The translations under genes were made by a program, and so were the position numbers. From Cenococcum geophilum (lineage: Eukaryota): a DNA stretch of 64,000 bases. Below are positions 10,725 through 22,625 of the stretch, piece by piece; the stretch's first letter is position 1, and each line of letters opens with the position of its first letter. The notes under the pieces were generated by a model that saw only the letters and a program-made list of their open reading frames with translations, was not told the DNA's origin and made no database searches. The stretch lies in the NCBI GenBank assembly GCA_050273025.1, contig CP158635.1:15004001-15068000 (forward strand), read 5' to 3'.

Positions 10725-13110
10725 CTACTCGCCTCTGGGCCGTATCATGTTCCAGCGCGTGTGTACTAACGGCGGAGTCCTACCTGGGAACTTCTGGAAG
10801 ATGCACGGCTAAGACTTGTCCTCTTTCTTGTATGCTAGCAAGCGCTGCTCATCTATAGCGTCCCATGGGGTATTCTTCCTTATACTTAAATGCCCCTACT
10901 TATCTTCCGTTATTATCGCTGCTGGAGTCAGGATCGCTATCGCTTAAACCACCATCATCATCGCTGCTTGGTGGATCACTCCCTCCCGATACAATAACCC
11001 CGGTATCGACAACTCTGCTATGCTAGCGTAGGGTTAAAGGCGTATCGTCGTGGAGAGGGTCTGCCTCCTCGGTAGTTGATAGAGTCGTTCCACTAGACGA
11101 GACCCGGGATAAGGTATGCCCGCTAACCAATTAAGAGGAACGAATATTGTTGCAGCAGCTTAACCGTAAAGTCGTTAATCTTCCCAACATGGCCAATACT
11201 CTCGATGAGTCGGGTAAGCTGGTTAAAAGAGATTTTCGCCCGTTATAACTATTCCATACCACCGCTGTAAAGGAGCAGCAGCGTTGGGGGTAAGGACGGA
11301 ACGTGACCTCGATCAGCGTCAGTAAGAAGTCACGGATGATCCGCGCAGGTTGCTGCAGTCGGATGGCGTCTCTGTATCCATGGTTTGTGTCGTCGAAGGT
11401 GCCGGCGAAAGCAATTGACTCTCTCCACCGGAGGCTGCGGCGACTCGAAGCCTGATCAAGAGGGGATTGTGATTTCGGATAGTGCCGATGGGGCTTGGAG
11501 TTTAGTTGATGCTGGCGGGTAGATTTCCGCTCAAGACGGTGCTTGCGCTTCTTTTTCGTTGGGCCATTGTTTGATGAGGATTGTCGTTTCCGCTTAGCAG
11601 GATTTGGCCTTCTATCATCCTCATCCAACTCGGGATTGTAGTTAAGCTCGTCATTGCTATGACTATCGCTATGGCTCCCCCATTTGTCTTGACTTGGCTT
11701 TGGAGATAGATCGTAGGACGGAAGTAGCCTCTGTCGCTTGGCTGGCCTTGCACTTTCATCCTCCTTGCTAGAGAGATTGTATCACCGCTTCTTCCTGAAG
11801 CACCAGAAAGAGCCACGAGTGACAGTGCATTTTCGGCGCGAAGACTACTTGTAAGTCGTGGGTCTTTGCCGTCCTCGTCGTTCGTGTCATCGCTATCATG
11901 GCTACTCTCGGAATAGCCCACGCCGCTGATCTTTTTCGCCTCGTGCCTCAGTTTCTCTTCGTGTTGGTCCCGCTCCTCACTGTCATCTTCGTTACCCTTT
12001 TCTTCTTCCCTAATTTCCTCTGCTGCAACCTCCTGTTGTTCCTGTTGCTCTGGCGGCTTCTTCTCACCAAGAGCTTGATCGCGAAGCTTAGAGTCGTCTC
12101 GTAGCCCTCTAATCTGCCTTGACTAGTTGCACCTTGTTCATGATCCTGACTAACCCGAGTGTGCGATAGCTCAGTAAAGCACTGAGGAAGACAGAGAGCT
12201 AGGAGCGGGCCGACAACAACTTCTCTTGCTCTTCAGAAGCAAGAAACAAGTCCCTTTCAAGTTCAGAGAAGTCATCCTTACTGCCCTCTCTACCGTTCTC
12301 GTTCAATGTTTCAGGCAGGAGAGAGGTGAGTGGCTCCTCGGACATCCGTCGGGCATTTGCATTATTGTCATGCTGGTCGATCTGGTCGCGTGACGGCCGA
12401 GGGGAGTGGTGGAGAGGTGTGGTTCCTCGCCAATGAAGCAGCCGGCCTCAGTGTCATACCATCCCTCGCTACCAGGCGGATTATTGAACTTGCTCAGACT
12501 GGAGGTATCTTGCTTCGCGATCGGACAGTCACGATCGCATCTCGGCCAGCACTGCAGGTATCTCCTTGGCCCGAAGCCGCTTCGTCTTCGTCGTCCGTAC
12601 TATCCAGCTCGTCATCTTCAATGGTCAAGGGACCGGCCGCGGATCATTAGCTGTTGGGGTTTATAGCAAAGAAGAGCGATGAAATTACCGGGATCACCCC
12701 CTCAACGTCCAGCTCCTAATCTTGGTTGTGCTTCGCCAATTGGCATACTACTCGCATTGGTGACCGACTTGTCGAGCTAGGGCTTGCGCTTAAGGCTTGG
12801 AGACTCTGCCTTTGAGTCTTCCCTGCCCAAAGGACGCCGCGCCAACTGCGTCAGAGTTAGGAGGTCGTCATCTGACTCACCGTCACTAGAACGGTCGATG
12901 GCGTACTTGGTGCCTGCTATGTCATGAACAGATTAGATACGAGTTTCCATGAGGTTTTTGAATCTTCAGCATACCATGAGATCCAGCCGGTTTGCCTGCT
13001 AGGCTCAGAGATATATTACCGTGTTTTCTCTGGTACAGTGTAATCAAAGATTTGGGGTGGTTCACAAAGATGGAACTCCTGAAAATGGAGCGGCTGCCCA
13101 TGGCAACCAT
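10725..13110 (-). pseudogene. Disrupted gene for an acidic/low-complexity protein with a C-terminal Myb/SANT-like repeat
   Basis: ATG at 13110 in acaATGG context after a pyrimidine-rich leader. ORF fragments 12922-13110, 11502-11921 and 11131-11628 are in different frames. The C-terminus reads PWDAIDEQRLLAYKKEDKS*PCIFQKFPGRTPPLVHTRWNMIRPRGE*, ending at 10725. The internal TAG (10809-10811) falls where the second Myb Trp is expected. Confidence 0.65.
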
Positions 13111-13332
13111 TGTAGACGAATTTCAGGAGTAAAATAGGAGAAGCGGCTCAAGGAATGCTGATTTTTGCAAGAGGGAAACGGCGAGGTTTAAAGGGTAGTT
13201 TGAGAGAAGCTTCCTGCGGGAATTGGTCTAATCTTACCTCACACAATTAGCCGTCCATTTGCCGTTCCTAACTGCCACCAACCAAAACGATACAGTGCAT
13301 GAATTCTCAGTTCCGAGTCCCACTCCAAGTTT

Positions 13333-14399
13333 TCAGTCCAATACGACTCTGCCAAAGGGCCCATGCCGTGTCCGACAGCCAGCACAGTCCGTTATCCTCG
13401 GTCTCCCCGAAGATCGAGAAACAGTGCTGTGATTGCCCAATCCTGCACCTAGCCATGCCGCCGAACCAGGCATCAGTGTTGGCGGCCGTTTCCCCCAGGC
13501 TAGGCTCTGTCGACCTTCCCCGTTCAGCAGGAAAAGACGTGGTAGGATATCATCCACCCAGTCTGCCATACATGCCGTGTGGACATGACGCGATGCTTTG
13601 CCCGGAAGGAAGCCATCCGTAAGAACTTGCAATCTGGGCGACCCACATGCAGCTCCAAAGGATCTACTCAGCCGTGTTGGCGTAGCGGATACCAACATAT
13701 CCGAGACCGCACAATCTGCCTGCCGTCCTTCTGTTCCCCTTCCCTCCCCTAACCGCCTAACCAGCCCAGTTTCACCACTGGCCCTGACGATATACCGTGA
13801 TCCGCAACCCAACCAAGCAGATCCTGCTCCTGAGAAACGCTCCTAACCAATGTAGCGCCTCCTTGAAGTGCTCCGGCCAAGGCAGATCGCCGTTGATTCG
13901 TGACAGAGAGGGTCGCATGACAGTCGTCGGCGTCGTAGGTCTCGTATTCGGCGTACAGGGCACCGAAGGAGGAGCTCCGGAGCACGCAGCCCCCAAGGAT
14001 ACGCAGGCAGATTCTAAGCTACTGTCTCAAGTCAGCCCAAATCAAGGCACGACTCTCCGTCACATGCCCTACTTCGCAGGGGAACTCGCCGACTCGCTGC
14101 TGACACGTAACCCGCCGGCGGCGCAGCTAGGCAGATCTCAGGCCACGTCGTTGTGAGGCATTTTCGCGACTGGCTGGGTGCTGCAACGAGTGCAAGCCTA
14201 AATCCGCGACATCTCAGTCTCTGAAGGTTTCTGGCATGAGGATCAGTGATGGTGCCACGGCGAGGCAGATCGAGAGCGCTCGGAGCTGGCTCAGCTCGTA
14301 TCTCGGCCAATGCGAGACTGGTCTGAGGTCATTGGCGTCGTAGAGGGGTCCACAGCATCGAAATTGGGAGGGGCGATTGGGGGATCCTGCTCGATGCAT
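13333..14399 (-). pseudogene. Possible degraded gene of unknown function
   Basis: GC-balanced sequence without RIP bias, with a chain of minus-strand ORF fragments and a TATAAG plus CT-rich leader upstream (~14450-14574). No motif recognised. Confidence 0.25.
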
Positions 14400-14958
14400 G
14401 AATCTGAGCTGCGGCGTGGCCGATTAGGTGAGCCTAGGCTAGGCAGAAGGGCTGAAAACGAGGCGCCTGTAGAAGTGAGAAGAAGTGGGCCAAGCGTTGC
14501 GAGAGGTGTCGTTGGGTTGTGTGAAAAGGAAGGAGGGAAAGGAGCGTGAAGTATGAAGGGACGCGGTTCTTATACCTCGCGAAAGCAGCAGCAGGCCCGT
14601 GCATGCGCCTTGCCCGATCCGGAGGTCGTGGTTTCCTGATGTGGATTTATCGTCTGGTATTTTACTATAGTAATCTACTAGTTAAACTACTATTAAGTAG
14701 TGCTACTAATATTAGGTAGTAACTTCTTTATTAGGACGTTAAGACTTATTTAGTATATATATTTACTACACGACTTATATTATTTACTTAAGAGATAATA
14801 GGAGGGCATTATTAAATTAATAATACTTTATAAGTTAGCTATTTTCTTAACTAGCTTATCTAGCTCCTTTAGGTTAGTATTATTTAATAAAACGCTAATA
14901 ACCTTACTAAGCTCTTATTAGGCCTAAGCGTATAAGTTAAACTATTCTCTAACACTTA

Positions 14959-15270
14959 TCCCTTCGTCTGGCAGCCAAAACCTCACGCTAGTAGGGGCCC
15001 CTTGCGCATACACGTAGTACTGTAATATTATTGGTCCTTATCTTATTATATAAGCATTCTAGAGAATACGAACGTGCTCTACAGTGTATTCTTTTATATT
15101 ATACTTTAAAAATGGATTATAATTCTAACTTTGATTTTAGCTCTAAACTAACTAATTAACCTGCAAAGCCTAATAAGTATAAATCTTATGTAATATGCAT
15201 TGAAGCGATGCCACTTGACCCCCGGAACCCCCCCTTGCTAGCGTGAGGTTTTGGCTGCCAGACGAAGGGA
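14959..15270. mobile_element. MITE with TA TSD (Tc1/mariner-like)
   Basis: Perfect ~33-bp TIRs tcccttcgtctggcagccaaaacctcacgctag / ctagcgtgaggttttggctgccagacgaaggga, flanked by TA on both sides. Confidence 0.85.
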
Positions 15271-15354
15271 TAATGTCACGGAACCCCACCGCAGGGGCCT
15301 CCATAGGAGAGCCCCGTGCTCTCGCGTACAGCTTATGTCAGCTACGCGTAGGTA

Positions 15355-15753
15355 ACGTAATCTATAAGCCAGTGCGCCAAATACCCTAGTGCGCCAGCCC
15401 TAACAAAAAATATATACATTTTAACAGCCACTTAATCCATTATAATAATATACATATTATATAGTTCTTTGACGCTCTGGACATGCCCTAGCACTATGCT
15501 CAAGCGACTGGCATATGCTGCACTTTAGTGGTGCTCGTTGCCGTGCTTAACTAGGCTTATTTACAATATCCTCTATACGTGTATTTCTATACGTGTATTC
15601 TACTCCATTTTAATTAAAGATTAAGCCTACCTTTTCGATGTAAGGCTTCTTATCGTTTTGGTAGTACTATCTAATGTGGTAATAGATAAACGCGTCGCGT
15701 TCAGATAGGGCTGGCGCACTTGGGTATTTGGCGCACTAGCTTATAGATTACGT
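15355..15753. mobile_element. pogo/Fot1-like MITE A inside the G1 5' LTR
   Basis: ~47-bp TIRs starting ACGTAATC with an internal direct repeat (agtgcgcca). TA TSD. Confidence 0.88.
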
Positions 15754-15757
15754 TATA

Positions 15758-16191
15758 ACGTATTCTATCAGTAAGCTGCGCACATCAGTAAGCTGCGCAC
15801 CAAAAATCACACCAAAAACCGGAAAATTCGAACCTTAATATCTTAACAACAACTGGGTAATAAATTCTAAAAATTTAATATATTATATGCAGTACCTAAA
15901 TCTAAAGGGTATTAAAAATTTAAATGTTAAAAGCTTATAGTTTTTAAAATAGTAGTTTTTTGGCCCTAAATTTAAAATATTTTACCTTTTTCCTTAATAT
16001 ATAAATTTTTTTAAAAGTTTCGCTCTTAGAAATTTAATAGCCTCTATTTCTAAGTGCTATCTATTACCTATTAAATTTTTAGAATTTATTACCTAGTCGT
16101 TGTTAAGATATTAAGGTTCGAATTTTCCGGTTTTTGGTGTGATTTTTGGTGCGCAGCTTACTGATGTGCGTAGCTTACTGATAGAACACGT
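15758..16191. mobile_element. pogo/Fot1-like MITE B with long TIRs inside the G1 5' LTR
   Basis: ~120-bp TIRs starting ACGT with a tandem atcagtaagctgcgcac motif. TA TSD. Confidence 0.9.
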
Positions 16192-16215
16192 TATCACCTC
16201 CTTACGCCCTCGACC

Positions 16216-17737
16216 TTACCTCAGAAGCTCAGACCAAGAAATCGATTGTGCGGATATAGGAATATCCGCACCGTCCGCTAGGCTGATTTAGGACGGCAAT
16301 CGTTTTCTTGGTCTGAGAGACTTTGGCGAGATTCGTAGGAAAACCTAAACACGGTTTATATGAGAAGACCTCATCAACTTTAACGAAATTGATCTACCCT
16401 CCTATAACACCTATCAATATAAAAACTACACCAAATTATAGAGAAAAGCCTACTCTATAAGTTATGAGATCTTTAGCTCCTTATACGCGCGCGACGTTAA
16501 GAGGAATTCGTCGCCGTAGACGCCCCAATTCTACCTCTGCACCGCCGAGCCGCTCGTAAACACCGGTGCTGAACGCTTACGCCCACGCCCACGCCCACGC
16601 CGCCAGCCCTCTGCGTAGAGCTGTGGAGCTTTGCGAGAGCTGTGGAGCTTTGCGAGAGCTGTGGAGCTTTGCGAGAGCTCTGCGGAACGAAGCTCAGGGA
16701 GAGACCTGCACGGAGCTCTGCACGGAGCTCTGCACGGAGCTCTACCAAAGCTCTGCAAAAGCTCTGCACGAGGCTCCGCACGAAGCTCCGCCCGAAGCTC
16801 CGCACGAAGCTCTGCTCGAAGCTCTGCTCGAAGCCCTGCTCGAAGCTCTGCTCGAAGCCCTGCTCGAAGCTCTGCTCGAAGCCCTGCTCGAAGCTCTGCT
16901 CGAAGCTCTGCTCGAAGCCCTGCTCGAAGCTCTGCTTGAAGCTCTGCTCGAAGCTCTGCTTGAAGCTCTGCTCGAATCTCTGCACGAAGCTCTGCACGAG
17001 GCTCTGTAAAAGCTCTACTAACACGCAGCACTAATATACTAGGAAGGTTCTACAATTGCCCGTACGAACGCCCGTCTCTATAAACGTCTCTGCAATCGAT
17101 CGCCCGTACGAACGTCTGCACGTCTGCACATCTACACGTCTGCACGCTTGCATGTGGCTCTGCACGAGGCTCTGCACAAAGCTCTGCACGAAGCTCTGCA
17201 CGAAGCTCTGCACAAAGCTCTGCACGAAGCTCTACTAAGGCTCTGCACAAGGCTCTGCTCAAAGCTTACCCCTAGTAGTAGTAGAGGCACTCCGGGCCAA
17301 GGGAGGATATTTTCAAGAAAGGACCCAACTATAGCACCTACTAAATGGTGCAATGGCTTTGAGTAGTAGATGTCTATATATCTGTATAGTTTTATCTATA
17401 TTAGCAGACTATTCAATAAGATATAATATATGCTTATGCTTTTAACAACGCGTTTTTTAACTTTGACGAAATTAATGTCAGGACTAAGCAATAGCCGTAT
17501 TATAAAATTTGTACTATTTAGAAGCCCTAGGTCTTAAAAATATTGTATTAACTTTTGGTAATAATAACGCGTTATATGAATGAATGAATTAGATATCCGC
17601 AATATCCATTTTGTGGATTTTGCTTATGCTTTTAACAAAACTCGCCAAACCCTCTCAGACGTGATTTTGCAATTCGGAAGACGGCGTAGGTTATTCCGAT
17701 GCTAGCTAAAAAATCGCGTCTGAGCTCGCTGAGGTAA
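16216..17737. mobile_element. Non-autonomous element with 9-bp TSD, hairpin termini and a 12-bp minisatellite core (Mutator-like)
   Basis: TSD CCCTCGACC at 16207-16215 and 17738-17746. Ends are ttacctcagaagctcagac / gtctgagctcgctgaggtaa. The LTR sequence continues on both sides. Confidence 0.85.
16610..17265. repeat. Minisatellites: 20-bp GAGAGCTGTGGAGCTTTGC-type x3 and 12-bp GAAGCTCTGCTC / GAAGCTCTGCAC arrays
   Basis: Direct periodicity. It explains the LLEA/FEQS/RAEL repeat ORFs seen in all frames. Confidence 0.92.
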
Positions 17738-17859
17738 CCCTCGACCATTACGATCGATCGCGCAACGTCTTATAGACTCCTCGAATACATACGCTCTATA
17801 GCCACTGCCCTCGTTCTATAACATTACGTTGCGCCTTTTTACTACCAACGCTTAGCCTA

Positions 17860-20800
17860 TAACTAATTCTACGTCTTTATAATACTATAGGCGCTGCTAA
17901 AAGTAGCGTATCTATAAATTACCTTACTTTATACTTTTAAAGAACCTATAATAGTAAGACAATATTTCTTACTAGCTACTATATTAAACCTAAAGAATAA
18001 TCTAATACCTATACTTAACCTATAACGCCAATTAATCCTAGAAGAATTTAATTTATTAGCCTTAGCCTTAACCCCTAAGGAAATAGATACTAATAATATC
18101 TTATCTTTTATTAACTATATAATTACGGATAAGTAAATAAAAGGGCTATTACCTATTAAAATTAAAATATAAGACGCCGAGATGTTTATAAAAATGGTAG
18201 TATAAGACCCTAATAAATACTACCGCCTTTTATAGAACTACTACCTAAAGCTTATATAAGCTAAAATGCGTACTACTTAAGATTATAATATTATCTAAGA
18301 CCTATAAGCTTATAAGGCGCTCGCTAATAATATATATTAAAAAACTAAAGATAACCTTTATATATTTAAACGCGACGTTTAATAGTTAAAAAAGAATAAG
18401 ATTATACTAATTGCTACAGTTATTAAAAAAGAAAGTATAATTAAATACCTATAATCTTAGCTTAATAAGTATATTTATAATAACGCTAGATACCTTTTTA
18501 CTATATATAACACTACCTAAGTCTTTACGCCCCTAGTAACTTTACTTACTTAATGCTTAATAGAGGGTTAGCGTTAAGCAGCTTTACCTAATAGAAACCC
18601 CTACTAAAGCAGTAATAATAAAAACTATAATAATTAGACCTAAACTATTACTATAAGGTCTAATATATATTACCCTAATCCCCTAGTCTTTTAAAGAGAC
18701 TATAAGAAATATAGCTATTAGAAGATATAAATCCGCAAGAAATTAACTTAGAGTGCCTACTTTTTTCCTATAAAAGACACTAAGATTAGCTATATTATTA
18801 GGCGAATAAAGGGTATATTATTTAACAGACTCTTCGCCTAATAGAAGACTAGTAGCCCCTAAAAGTAGTAGTCTTATTAAAAAGTCCTTAATAATCTTAA
18901 CCTAATATACTATAACTATAACCTACTAGCTACTAACTAAGCTAAACTATATACCCTAAAGATAAGCCCTATTAAATTATTTAATAAGTTTTATATTAAA
19001 TTCTAGGAATATACTAAAGCCCTTACTTAAGATAATACTAAAGACTAAGAGGATCTCCTTAAAAAAGTTACTTATCGCCTTAGTTACGCAGCCGCTAGCT
19101 ATAACTATAACAATATTTATAAAATAGTAGCAGCCCTATAGAAGATTAAATAACAACTAAATTAGATTACTACTATTAATCCTTACTTAAAGACCTCTTT
19201 ATAGAAGCTCTTTAGGCCTATTAAACCTATATATACTAAGCTACTAACGCCTACTACCTTAAGTACCACTAGAGCCAATATTAACCTCTCTATACTAACC
19301 TTTCTATAAAAACTCCTAAATAGAGAGTATAAGCTACTTTAAAAACTAGAATACTACTATAGATGCCGTTAAAAAGGCTATTATTATAATAACCTAAACT
19401 GCCTAATAGCTAGGTTTAGTATTTACTACTTAATACCTAACCTAATACCCTAAACACTAAATACGTTACTATACGCCACTACTATATAAGATAAAGATAT
19501 AGTAATAGTAGTAAATTTAGATATAGAAGCGGAAAACGCTAAGTTTTAGCCCTAAGTTATAGGTTAGGACACCCTAATAATAAAGGGATCTATATATTGG
19601 CCTATTTAATAAATAACTTAGTAAAAATAAACGGATGGAAATAGATAGTTTTACTTATAATAGGAACTACTACTATAAAATAATATAAAAGCCGTTCTAT
19701 AATTAACTATAGAGCTATTAACTAATTTATAAATATTTAACTTATATATACTTATAACCTACCTACCTTACCCCTTACTAAAGCCTATACCCTATAACTT
19801 ACTAATAGTAGTTATACTGCATAGAAGATTACCTATATAGTATAACTTTACTTAGATATAAACGGGCACTAGAAAGAACTTTAGGCCTATATTATACTAC
19901 TTACTAACTACCCTATTATTCTTAGAATAAGCTAGCTTAAATAATATAACCATACTATTAACTAGAAAAAGAGAAAAGTAATTTTTAACTCTAAATACTA
20001 TAGAGAGACTTACCTAGGATATAGCCTAGCCGCTTTTATTTACTTACTAAAATATTAACCTAAGAAACCCCTTATTATTCTACCTATAATTAACTACTAC
20101 TATATAAATGCTGCGGTCTTCTACTATATAGTATATAGAAAAGGCTAGACCATTATTATAGCTTTCTAATTATAACTATATAAGCTTAATAAAAAAAATA
20201 AAACTATATCCTTTATAGTAATAGGATAGATATAATTAACCTTCTAAAAGATAACGCCTCTACGAAACTATATAGACTTTTACCTTTAGACTTTAAAAGG
20301 TTTATAAAACTTAAAAAAGGATTTACTAATAAAGAACTCTATAAGCTTCTCCCTAAGAGGTACTATAACTTTATTAATATATACTTATAAAAGGGCGTAG
20401 ATATACTCCCCCTATATTAACCTAATAACTATACTATTAATATTAAATAAGGAAAAATACTACTTTATAAGAGACCCTACTTAATATTAAAAGATAAACT
20501 TCTAGTTATAAGAAAGTATATTAACAAGCACCTTAATAAAGGGTTTATTTATCCTAGTATATTACTAGCAGCTGCCCCTATCCTTCTTACTAAGAAGCTA
20601 AAAGGAGGTATTTAATTCTACGTTAACTATAAAGGATTTAACGCTATTATAATTAAAAACTAATACCTAGTACTGCTTATATAGGAGACCCTTAAGCGGC
20701 TTAGCTAAGCTAAAATCTATACTAAGCTTAATATTATTGCCGCCTTTAACTATCTCTAAATATAGAGAGGTAATAAATAGAAAACCGTATTTATATCGCG

Positions 20801-22625
20801 CTTTAGCTAATTTAAATATATTATTATACCCTTTAGCGTATATAACGGCCTAGGCGCCTTTTAAAGCTATATTAATAACGCCTTATAGGACTATCTTAAT
20901 AACTTTTACTTTACGTACCTAGATAATATACTTATTTATAGTAATAACCCTTTTAAGTATACTAAATACGTTTAAAAGGTCCTATAGCGCCTTAGAGACA
21001 TAAAACTTTATATTAATTTAAAGAAATGCGAATTTTTAGTTATAGAAGTAAAATACCTTAAACTAATTATTACTACTAAGGGTGTCTATATAGACCCTAA
21101 GAAGGTACGTATAATTACTAAATAGTAAGCCCTTAATTACATTAAGGACGTATAAGCCTTCCTTAATTTTATTAACTTCTATTAGAAATTTATATATAAC
21201 TTTTTAAGTATAGTAGCACTACTTATAGCAATAATATAAATAAAGGGCCTCTTTATAAAAGGAAGAAAAACATATCTATGCTTTACCTAAACGCCTAAAT
21301 ATAAGAAGGCGTTCTAAACCCTTAAAAATGCCTTTACTAAAGTACCTATCCTAGCTTACTTTATACTAGGATAATAACTCTATCTTAAAACTAACTCCTT
21401 AGACTATATTAACGCAGGCGTTTTTTCCTAAATAGGTAATAACGGCCTTCTTTACCTAGTTATATTCTACTTATCTAAGCTTATATTATAGGGGTATAGC
21501 TATAAGATCTATAGTAAAGAACTCCTTATAATTATATAAGTGTTAAATTTTTTTAACTAGAACTTTCCTTAGTAGAGCTTAACTAGCTAATTAAAGTCCT
21601 TATAAACTATTATAACCTTAAGTACTTTATAACTATAAAGTAGCTAAACTAATGCTAAGTATATTAAAATAAGTTCCTCTTTAGTTTTAACTTTAAAATT
21701 ATATATAGACTAGGAGTATAAAGTACTAAACCTAATAGCCTAATACGCTGCTTATAAGACCTTCCTTAGTTTAAAAATAACCCCTATAATTAGTTCTAAT
21801 AATAGATAATCCTAAAAGTATAAAATTTAGCCTTAGGTATATTACCTATAATAAAGCTAATTATACCTTAGCTTTATACTATAGAACTAAAGTTACCTCC
21901 TAAAATTAATAAGCTTATTACCACGGTATATAACACCTTTATTAACCTATTACTATATAAACTTATTACTGTAAAGACTGCTAGCGCCCGTATACTACCT
22001 ACTAACCTTTAAAGCTTAGGCTAGATTAATATAGCAGCCTTAGAAGTAAAAGAGAATAGGCTCTATTATAAAGGTCGCCTATTTATCCCTAATTTAGAAA
22101 TTTTATAATAGCAACTAATTTAAATAGCCTATAACCTTTAATTAAGCGGCTATTTAGGTAGAGAAGAAACCTATAAGCTTTTTAGCCGATATTACTTCTA
22201 GCTAAAAATAATAAACTTAGTTAAACGCTTTATAGGCGCCTACTATAGTTATAAGCGCGCTAAGGCCTTTAATATAAAGTATTAAGGACTACTATACCCT
22301 CTATTAGTACCTATATAATAATAGGCAGATATTGCTATAGATTTTATTATTAACCTACTACCCTATAAACGATATAGCCATACCTATAAGAATATTCTTA
22401 TAATAATATACCAACTTATAAAAGAGCGCCACTATGTCCTAACTAAAGGTATAGTTGTTAGCAACGTTACTAACGCCTTTTTTTTTACGGAGTTTACTAA
22501 CTATATAGGTTACCTAACTTAATTATGTCTAACTAAGGTATATAATTTAACTCTAATATATAGAGACAAATCTACTAACGCCTTAGCATCTCCGTTAAGA
22601 TATCTATATCCTTTTACTATAAAAC
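17860..22625 (+). pseudogene. G1 gag-pol relic (5' part)
   Basis: RT YLDNILI (~20915-20936, i.e. YLDDILI), degraded RFCVDYxGLN (~20615-20642), integrase GYLGREET (~22148-22172). Many RIP stop codons. Start approximate. Confidence 0.88.

Noticed and set aside
14650..14950. AT-rich RIP-like fragment
   Set aside because: Likely a TE relic, but no motif or boundary could be assigned.
15269..15273. 5-bp TSD for G1 (GATAA versus TATAA at 34966-34970)
   Set aside because: The mismatch is a transversion and the site abuts a MITE, so the TSD is not established.
16610..17265. CRISPR-like regular repeats
   Set aside because: No unique spacers, no cas genes, and a eukaryotic context.
16497..17366. ORFs with FEQS/RAEL/LLEA/KLCS repeats
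   Set aside because: Same minisatellite artefact.
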